Virus record (IMG/VR): IMGVR_UViG_3300022906_000004
Coordinates: 1-58,641 of that record
Reading direction: 5' to 3' (one strand)
DNA: 58,641 nucleotides
Source of the DNA: a virus
Lineage: Duplodnaviria > Caudoviricetes
The position numbers were made by a program, and so were the translations under genes. Numbering within the stretch: the first letter of the stretch is position 1; the number at the start of each line of letters is the position of its first letter. The notes under the pieces are model-generated. The model worked only from the letters and a program-made list of their open reading frames with translations. It did no database searches and was not told where the DNA came from. Below are positions 44,461 through 50,601 of the stretch, in pieces.

Positions 44461-44599
44461 GCTCTTGGTTCCTCTCATGCGTGGGAGCGGAGAGCGTGAC
44501 ACGGCTGGGCCGATGGGGCGTCTCAACGCGGCTGGGCCGGTGGGGCGCGGTTGTTCTCCGTGAGCAGGACGCTAACGGAATGTGGGCGTGGGTGTCGCG
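44461..44599 (-). promoter_or_regulatory. Capsid leader with promoter-like site and direct repeat
   Basis: GCGACA-CCCAC..-TAGCGT, GAACAAC, twin GCCCCAyCGGCCCAGCCGyG repeats. Confidence 0.45.
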
Positions 44600-44624
44600 T
44601 GGGGTCTTGCATGTGTGCACAGCA

Positions 44625-44659
44625 GTGAACCCCGCGTCCTGGCGATACGCGGGGTTCAC
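44625..44659. terminator. Stem-loop, putative terminator
   Basis: 13-bp inverted repeat GTGAACCCCGCGT/ACGCGGGGTTCAC. Confidence 0.65.
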
Positions 44660-44669
44660 GGTCAGGGGG

Positions 44670-44987
44670 TCAGGTGAGACTCTTGCGCTTGCGCTTGAAC
44701 TCGTCCGCCTTCGGGCACGTCTTGTAGTGGTTGGTGCGGAGCTTGACCCCGGCGGCCAGCATGGCGACGCGAATGCCGCGCTTCTCGATACGGCCGCCGC
44801 GCAGCGCGGGCCGGTCGCTGCGCGGGTCCATCTCGATCAGGTAGGTACCGGCGTCGGCGTTGGGCGTCGGGTCAATGATCGTCCAGACCTCGGCGTCTTT
44901 CTTGGTCTTGCCGGGTACCTTCACGAACGCCACGTCTGCTCCGCACCCCTTGCAGGTGCGAATCAGGCTCAGGGGGATCTCGTTCAT
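44670..44987 (-). CDS. Zn-ribbon protein
   Basis: CKGCGA..IDPTP..G..HYKTCPKADEF motif; ATGA overlap. Confidence 0.7.
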   Translation of the reverse strand: MNEIPLSLIRTCKGCGADVAFVKVPGKTKKDAEVWTIIDPTPNADAGTYLIEMDPRSDRPALRGGRIEKRGIRVAMLAAGVKLRTNHYKTCPKADEFKRKRKSLT

Positions 44988-45181
44988 TCCGCCACCGACA
45001 GGCTCGAATGTAGCCGGAGCATGAAGGCGCACGAGCCGCAGACGTGGGCCGTGGCGGTGGCGCCCTTGGAGCGGCCACGCGTGATGGTGACCGTCAGTTC
45101 CTGCGTGGCTTCCCGGGTGCACGGGGGGATGGGTTCGGCGAACAGGTGGTCTTTGCTGCAGACCCTTGTCGTGGTCTCCAT
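44984..45181 (-). CDS. Small Cys-containing protein
   Basis: ATG after GAGGA; VCGSC. Confidence 0.6.
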   Translation of the reverse strand: METTTRVCSKDHLFAEPIPPCTREATQELTVTITRGRSKGATATAHVCGSCAFMLRLHSSLSVAE

Positions 45182-45192
45182 GGGCGTGGTCC

Positions 45193-45321
45193 TCACGGTC
45201 GGACGGCGTGCCACCAGTGCGCCCAGGTCGCCAGCCCGATGGCGCCGTAGATGCCGATGCGGAGCAGTAGGCCGTGGAGCGCGTCCCGTCGGGTGTACGG
45301 GCGGTGGGCACGTCTGGTCAT
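45193..45321 (-). CDS. Small membrane peptide (42 aa, leaderless, not in ORF track)
   Basis: ATG 6 nt after TACAGT -10 box; one TM helix. Confidence 0.5.
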   Translation of the reverse strand: MTRRAHRPYTRRDALHGLLLRIGIYGAIGLATWAHWWHAVRP

Positions 45322-45327
45322 GACGCC

Positions 45328-45410
45328 ACTGTAGCCCCGGGTTGACACCCACGCAAGGGATGGGTAGTGTTCGTCGCGTCAGGAACAACCCCCCGAGGGA
45401 AGGACCCCCG
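45328..45410. promoter_or_regulatory. Conserved element on + overlapping a divergent - promoter
   Basis: + TTGACA-17-TAGTGT..GGAACAAC..GAAGGACC; - TTGCGT-17-TACAGT. Confidence 0.8.
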
Positions 45411-45620
45411 ATGTTCAACGTCATCGCACACGACATGCTCACCGCCCAGGCCGTGGAACTCACCACCGAGCAGCGCGCCGAACTGGTGAAGCGCTGCGAC
45501 CGCCAGCGGCGGTTCGCCACGGCCGCCAGCGGCTACGTGTGCATCGACAAGCAGTCGATGCAGGTCAACGTCTACACCCCCGAGGGCGCTCGTATCGGCT
45601 ACCTGACCTACTGGCTCTGA
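45411..45620 (+). CDS. Hypothetical protein (cassette gene)
   Basis: ATG positioned by the leader. Confidence 0.75.
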   Translation: MFNVIAHDMLTAQAVELTTEQRAELVKRCDRQRRFATAASGYVCIDKQSMQVNVYTPEGARIGYLTYWL

Positions 45621-45624
45621 CATC

Positions 45625-45715
45625 TACTAGCCCCCTGCGGTTGACACCCACAACCGCAGGGGGCTAGTATCATCTCAGCACCAAGGAACAACCCGACAGG
45701 GAAGGACCCAAGATC
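45625..45715 (+). promoter_or_regulatory. Conserved element embedded in a 19-bp perfect hairpin
   Basis: Hairpin 45625-45669; TTGACA-18-TAGTAT; leader. Confidence 0.85.
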
Positions 45716-45883
45716 ATGAAGAACAGCACCGCAGGCCAGCTCCCCACCAAGCCTTGCGCCCAGGCGTACAACACGTGGAACCCGAGCCACCGGGCCCACG
45801 ACTGGCTCTGCAAGCAGGAGTTCCCCGAGGTTGACGCCCGGTGCCCCGGCTCCGTCCTGAAGTCGCGCACCAGCGCCCGGTAG
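45716..45883 (+). CDS. Small hypothetical protein (55 aa, cassette gene, not in ORF track)
   Basis: MKNSTAGQLPTKPC..H.AH.W.C..CPG; ATG positioned by the leader. Confidence 0.7.
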   Translation: MKNSTAGQLPTKPCAQAYNTWNPSHRAHDWLCKQEFPEVDARCPGSVLKSRTSAR

Positions 45884-45890
45884 TAGAGCG

Positions 45891-45970
45891 CTACCCCCTG
45901 TTGACACCCACGGTCAACGGGGGGTAGTCTTGTCTCAGCAGGAACAACCCCTCCCGGAAGGACCAGCACC
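45891..45970 (+). promoter_or_regulatory. Conserved element embedded in a 15-bp hairpin
   Basis: Hairpin 45891-45927; TTGACA-18-TAGTCT; leader. Confidence 0.85.
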
Positions 45971-46378
45971 ATGACCAGCACGATCAGCCTCACCATGAAC
46001 GAGATCGGCAAGGGCGTCGCCGAGGTCTACGACGGCACTTACCAGGTCGGCCTCATCACGTGGAGCCCCAACCCGGTCAGCGGCATCGTCTCGACGTGGT
46101 ACGCCACGTACGCGAACGGCGACGAGACCGTCACCTGCATGAGCCGGGACGAGGCCCTGGAGATACTGCGGCTGCAGCACGCGGCCGTCCGCCGGTTCTC
46201 GCGCTCCCTGCGGTCCATCCGCCCGGCGGGCCAGGAGGGCCGGGAGCGGGACATCACCGTCGACTGGGACCGGGGCTACAACACGGCCCTGCGTGACGTC
46301 GAGCGCCTCCTGCAGGAGGTCGTGGGCGTGGCGCCAGACGGCGAGGGGTTCACGGCAATCACCCGAGAGGAGCGCTAG
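45971..46378 (+). CDS. Hypothetical protein (cassette gene)
   Basis: ATG positioned by the leader. Confidence 0.8.
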   Translation: MTSTISLTMNEIGKGVAEVYDGTYQVGLITWSPNPVSGIVSTWYATYANGDETVTCMSRDEALEILRLQHAAVRRFSRSLRSIRPAGQEGRERDITVDWDRGYNTALRDVERLLQEVVGVAPDGEGFTAITREER

Positions 46379-46381
46379 ACG

Positions 46382-46543
46382 GTGACAAAGAAGAAGCCGC
46401 CCGAGGAACACGGCCGCCCAGGTCGTCCCCCGGGCGGCGTCGGGGCGGTCAAGAACTCGAAGTGCCCCAACGGGCACGTCGCCAACACCCAGAATCAGTG
46501 TTTCGACAGCACCTGTGTGCACTACGTGCGCAAGGGCCTGTGA
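46382..46543 (+). CDS. Small Cys-containing protein (53 aa)
   Basis: GTG after GAGGAG; CPNGH..C...C; GTGA overlap. Confidence 0.55.
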   Translation: MTKKKPPEEHGRPGRPPGGVGAVKNSKCPNGHVANTQNQCFDSTCVHYVRKGL

Positions 46544-46668
46544 GCGACGAGAAGCCGGACCAATCCCAGGACACCACCCGGGACTGGTCCGGCGAGGAAG
46601 TCCAGGCGCTGCAGGCGCAGCGCCAGCGGGAAGCCGAGTTGCTGCGCAAGCAGCGGGAGAAGGAGTAG
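46540..46668 (+). CDS. Small charged protein
   Basis: GTGA overlap. Confidence 0.5.
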   Translation: MSDEKPDQSQDTTRDWSGEEVQALQAQRQREAELLRKQREKE

Positions 46669-46672
46669 CCCT

Positions 46673-46786
46673 GTGGCCGACAAGCCGACCGACGAGGAGA
46701 TCCTGGCCGTGATCGCGGCCAAGGAACTGGAGGACGCGCTGGACGTCGACGCCGCGCAGCCGCCAGCGGACGCGGGTGACGAGTGA
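46673..46786 (+). CDS. Small acidic protein (37 aa)
   Basis: GTG after AAGGAG; GTGA overlap downstream. Confidence 0.5.
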   Translation: MADKPTDEEILAVIAAKELEDALDVDAAQPPADAGDE

Positions 46787-47016
46787 GCAAGTCGAAGCCG
46801 CGCTGCCCGCGCACCAGTACCGACCAGCACGCCAGCGGCTGCTACCAGGTGCACTACCCGGCGTGCAACAAGACCGAGCACACGGAGCACCTGGATCGGG
46901 CCTGCTACTACCAGAAGGGGCCCAACGAAGGGCAGCTCAAGTGCACGACCCCGCTGCACACCCACGACCGCGAGAAGTGCGCCGAGGCCATCGGCCCACT
47001 GTGCGGCGGCACGTGA
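46783..47016 (+). CDS. His/Cys-repeat small protein
   Basis: QHASGCY, HTEHLDRACYY, HTHDREKC; resembles 11549..11731. Confidence 0.7.
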   Translation: MSKSKPRCPRTSTDQHASGCYQVHYPACNKTEHTEHLDRACYYQKGPNEGQLKCTTPLHTHDREKCAEAIGPLCGGT

Positions 47017-47094
47017 CCCGAAGGTGAGGTGATCGGAATGCGGGCCCGTCCGGACAAACGAGACGTTTGGGTGCACCGGACGGGCCCACGCATG

Positions 47095-47268
47095 TCACGA
47101 CACGCTATCGGCCGCCACGAACAGCGCGATCGCCGCCAGCACGGTGGCCGCCCCGGCGAGTACCCACCGCACTCTGGTGAAGCGGGCGTTCGGGGCCGGT
47201 GGCAGGACCACCGCGAGTCCGAGCAGCAGCACCGCCAACGGCACCATGATCACCTTGAGCGTGTCCAC
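47095..47268 (-). CDS. Small two-TM membrane protein (not in ORF track)
   Basis: GTG after GAGGAGG; two hydrophobic helices. Confidence 0.6.
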   Translation of the reverse strand: MDTLKVIMVPLAVLLLGLAVVLPPAPNARFTRVRWVLAGAATVLAAIALFVAADSVS

Positions 47269-47277
47269 AGACCCTCC

Positions 47278-47517
47278 TCATTCGGTATCAACCTTGCTCT
47301 GGTCCTCCGGGACCGCGATCCCGTTGTCCTCCAGGGCCTGAATCAGCACCGCCTGAAAGCGCAGCCGGTCAGTCCGGTCCTGGTTCACGATCGTGTGGAT
47401 AGCCTTGGCGTCCCGCTTGACGGGAAGCAACACCTTGAACGTGGCCGCCGCAGTGACGCTCGCGGTCAGCAGGCCCGCGAAAGCCGCCATGCCTCCGAAT
47501 ACCGTGCCCCACTCCAC
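47278..47517 (-). CDS. Small membrane-anchored protein
   Basis: GTG after GAAGGGAG; TM helix then IHTIVNQ. Confidence 0.65.
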   Translation of the reverse strand: MEWGTVFGGMAAFAGLLTASVTAAATFKVLLPVKRDAKAIHTIVNQDRTDRLRFQAVLIQALEDNGIAVPEDQSKVDTE

Positions 47518-47528
47518 GCGGACTCCCT

Positions 47529-50018
47529 TCAGCTCTTGGCCTTCTTCTCCTCCCAGGACGCCACGGCCGCGCACGCCTCCGCTCGACTGCCCGCGTTGAC
47601 CTGCTGGCTACCTGGCCAGTTCGTGTCTCCGGTGCTGCACATCTTCTTCGCCGCGTTCACGGCCGTCGCGATGGCCCGCGACTGGTCCATGCCCTTCTCC
47701 TGCAGGTGCTTCGCGATGCGCTTGATGTACTTCGGCAGGCCACCGGCCTTGGTGACCCAGTTCGCCTTCTTCGCGAACGCGTCGTCATTGGTGGCCGCGA
47801 ACACCTCCGCCCACTCGTCGGCGAACTCGCCTCCCAGCCACGGATGGTCGGCGTTGAACGCCAGCAGCATGTCCACCTCGTGGGCTGACTGCATGGCCGC
47901 GTAAGTGGGGGCGTCGTCGGTGAGCGTGACCAGCTGGTCGGCGGCCACGCCCTGCATCATGCCGTACAGGGCTGTCAGTCGGTCCGTCACAGGCTCCTCC
48001 GGTGGGGGCGGGCTGGCGGCCAGGGTTCCGGCGGCCACGAGTGCCAGCGGCTCCCCGGACGCCACGAGTGCCCGGAACGGGACCGGGAATCCGGGGCTGT
48101 TGACCGCGAGGGCGGCCACGAGTTCGAGGTTGCCGCCCCGCTTGCGCCAGTCTCCGGACAGCGCGGCGCCCTTGATCTTGTAGGCGGTGTCGTCGTCGAG
48201 GTGCGGCATGACCCGACCGGCCACCCAGATGCCGAAGGCGTCTTCGCCGACCGCGATTTCGGCGGCCGCCGTGCACGTGTTGTCGTAGTGGGCCGCCACC
48301 TCGGCGATCGACATGCCCTTCCGGATCGCGGCGTGCCCTCCACTCCCGGGCGCCCGGGAGACGCTGGCGTAGCCGACCGGCACGGTGACGCCGTTGCCGT
48401 CCGCGTCCCGTGCCCGCGCCCCGTGCACCCGGAACTCGGCGTAGTTGGTGGCCGACCGTGGCGGGGTGGTGCAGCGGTCCGCGAACGCCGTGTGGCAGGT
48501 GCCCCACAGGGCCATGTGCCCGAACACGCGGCCGTCGTCGGTGACCGTGAACGGCGTGGGCCCGTCCAGGCGCGGATCCTCGAACCACTCGACGGGCGGC
48601 AGGTCGGCCGCCGAGGCGACCAGCACCGCGCCGCCGCCGCCCAGTGGGTAGTCGGTGACGTCGTCACCGATGGCCACCCGGATGCGGTCGAACACGACCG
48701 GCCCGGTGTAGGTGACCTGCCGGGGGTCGAGGCCGTATCCGGCGGTCACGTGCGGGACGAACGGCTCGTGCTGCAGGGGGAAGTTGACGTCGCCGACGGC
48801 GTTGCGGACGGCGTGCACGACGTCGTTGCGGAGCCATTCGATGGCTTCGCGGTCGCCCTTGCCGTCGAGCAGGTACACCGTGGCCGGGTCGTGGCCGTTG
48901 TCGCCGTTCGGGTTGAAGATGGCGTGGGCGAAGATGCCCGCCTCCAGTGGCCCCTCCTGCGGCTTGCTGCGGGAGATCTTGCCGCCGCGCACCTCGGATG
49001 GGTCGCCTCCGGTCGCGGCTATGCGGGCCCGCTCGACTTCGAGCATGGCCTTCTGGTCGGTGAGCGTGAGAGCGGCCCGGTGGACGGCGGCCACCATGTC
49101 CGGCTCCCACGTGTCGACCTGGTCGCCGAGGTACGCCAGCGTCAGGTGCAGCTCGTCAGCGGTGTCGCCGCCGGGCACCACCAACATCTGCGGGTTCGCC
49201 GGAACGAGCGCGACCATGCCGGAGGTGGAGAAGTCCTGTTCGACGGGCCCGCCAGCCGGATAGGCCTCCTCGAAGTCGAAGGACTGCCGCTCGACGTCGC
49301 TGCCCGCGCCGCCCGGGAAGTGCAGCCCCTCGATAGCGAAGTGCTCCTGCACCTGACAGCCGTGGCAGAGGTCGCCGAGTTCGGCGGACAGGAACATCGG
49401 CGTGGCGGCCGACGCGACCAGCTCGTGCTCCTCGCGGGTCGCGCCGATGTCGACGCCGTCGAGGGTGATGTAGGCGCCGGAGAACGCGGGGATGCCAACG
49501 AGCGTGGTGGCGGCGATGACGGACCGCTGCATGGAGATCCGGGCATAGTCGGCCTGGTCGGCCAGCTCCCCGTTGGGGCCCTGGAATTCGGCCACCACTT
49601 CGGTCATGTCGACGGAGTTGCCGCGCAGGGCGCCGTCTTTGACCAGCTGGAACGCGCTCTTGGCGGGAGGGGCCGGGACGTCCTTGTATATCCAGCCGCG
49701 TCCGACCCAGGCGAAGGTGCCTTCGGGCAGCGTGCTGCCGTCATATAGCTGAGCCTCCGGCCCGGGGATGCGCTCGGCGCTGGTGATCGCTCCGACGTGC
49801 CAGGTGGCGGCGTCGCCAGTGTCGCCATGCGTAGACCGAGTGGCCGCGTACATCGGGAAGGGGAGGTCGCGTACTTCGACACTGCCAGGCTCGATATAGC
49901 GACGGTCGGAGGTCTCCAGGCCCTCGATCACCATCACGGGCAGCACAACGGGCACGGCGCCCTCGGGCACGTCGCTGGCGGCGGCCGTGGCGTCCGACTC
50001 GACGATGGATGCGGTCAC
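47529..50018 (-). CDS. Capsid maturation protease-like protein with inserted 2H phosphoesterase domain
   Basis: EGLETSDRRYI..LPFP, IAATTLVGIPAF, GRVFGHMALWGTCH, GEDAFGIWVAG, LSGDWR..LELVAALAVNSPGFP; HLT and HVT 2H motifs; position between portal and capsid. Confidence 0.75.
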   Translation of the reverse strand: MTASIVESDATAAASDVPEGAVPVVLPVMVIEGLETSDRRYIEPGSVEVRDLPFPMYAATRSTHGDTGDAATWHVGAITSAERIPGPEAQLYDGSTLPEGTFAWVGRGWIYKDVPAPPAKSAFQLVKDGALRGNSVDMTEVVAEFQGPNGELADQADYARISMQRSVIAATTLVGIPAFSGAYITLDGVDIGATREEHELVASAATPMFLSAELGDLCHGCQVQEHFAIEGLHFPGGAGSDVERQSFDFEEAYPAGGPVEQDFSTSGMVALVPANPQMLVVPGGDTADELHLTLAYLGDQVDTWEPDMVAAVHRAALTLTDQKAMLEVERARIAATGGDPSEVRGGKISRSKPQEGPLEAGIFAHAIFNPNGDNGHDPATVYLLDGKGDREAIEWLRNDVVHAVRNAVGDVNFPLQHEPFVPHVTAGYGLDPRQVTYTGPVVFDRIRVAIGDDVTDYPLGGGGAVLVASAADLPPVEWFEDPRLDGPTPFTVTDDGRVFGHMALWGTCHTAFADRCTTPPRSATNYAEFRVHGARARDADGNGVTVPVGYASVSRAPGSGGHAAIRKGMSIAEVAAHYDNTCTAAAEIAVGEDAFGIWVAGRVMPHLDDDTAYKIKGAALSGDWRKRGGNLELVAALAVNSPGFPVPFRALVASGEPLALVAAGTLAASPPPPEEPVTDRLTALYGMMQGVAADQLVTLTDDAPTYAAMQSAHEVDMLLAFNADHPWLGGEFADEWAEVFAATNDDAFAKKANWVTKAGGLPKYIKRIAKHLQEKGMDQSRAIATAVNAAKKMCSTGDTNWPGSQQVNAGSRAEACAAVASWEEKKAKS

Positions 50019-50476
50019 GGCTTGGGCTCCCTCTGCTCTTGGGCCAGGATGTTCTCACCGATACGCACGGCGGCCTCGGTTCCCTCGGTGCGCGCCAGGT
50101 CGCGGGCCACCGCGTCGCGGGCCCGCTGGTCGGCGTCGGCCTGCAGGCGCTGCAGCGCGGAGCGGAACGGGTCGTCCGGCTTGGCGATCGAACGCACGAG
50201 CGCGGAGATGCCCTCTTCGAGGTGGGTCTTGGCGATGTTGGCCCACCGCTGGTCGGTGCCGTCGCGCAGGACGATGGCGGCCCACACGTCGGCCACGTTC
50301 TCCTGCAGCTCTTTCACGGCGTTGATCAGCTTCACGTCGTCGGCCGGGAGGTCGCGGTAGCCGCGCACGCCCTGGGCGGTCGGGGTGGGCCCGTAGCCTG
50401 GCTGCCCCGCCGGTTGACTCGGTGGCGTGTCCACCGACTTGATCGGGTGGCCGTGGCTGTACTGGTCGGGGGTCAC
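50015..50476 (-). CDS. acb2: Acb2-like anti-CBASS cyclic-nucleotide sponge
   Basis: GYRDL..INAVKEL..RWANIAKTHLEEGISALVRSIAKPDDPF matches the Acb2 family signature as I recall it. Confidence 0.8.
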   Translation of the reverse strand: MTPDQYSHGHPIKSVDTPPSQPAGQPGYGPTPTAQGVRGYRDLPADDVKLINAVKELQENVADVWAAIVLRDGTDQRWANIAKTHLEEGISALVRSIAKPDDPFRSALQRLQADADQRARDAVARDLARTEGTEAAVRIGENILAQEQREPKP

Positions 50477-50601
50477 GCTGTCTCGCCTTCCTCGGTGTCT
50501 GGCTCCTCCAGGACGACGACCGGCGTCGTCTCGTCCGTCGGCCACCGTTCGTCGATGGGCTCCTCGCGAACCGGTTCGGGGGTCGCGGCCTTATCGGGCA
50601 T
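50473..50601 (-). CDS. Small acidic protein (42 aa, not in ORF track), candidate ART immunity protein
   Basis: ATG after GGAGGT, overlapping the ART stop; GTGA coupling to acb2; Glu/Asp/Pro-rich. Confidence 0.55.
   Translation of the reverse strand: MPDKAATPEPVREEPIDERWPTDETTPVVVLEEPDTEEGETA

Noticed and set aside
42010-44499. 829-aa + strand ORF (also 48201..49748, 50819..52252, 55441..58221)
   Set aside because: Shadow ORFs opposite well-supported genes, expected in high-GC DNA; no motifs or RBS
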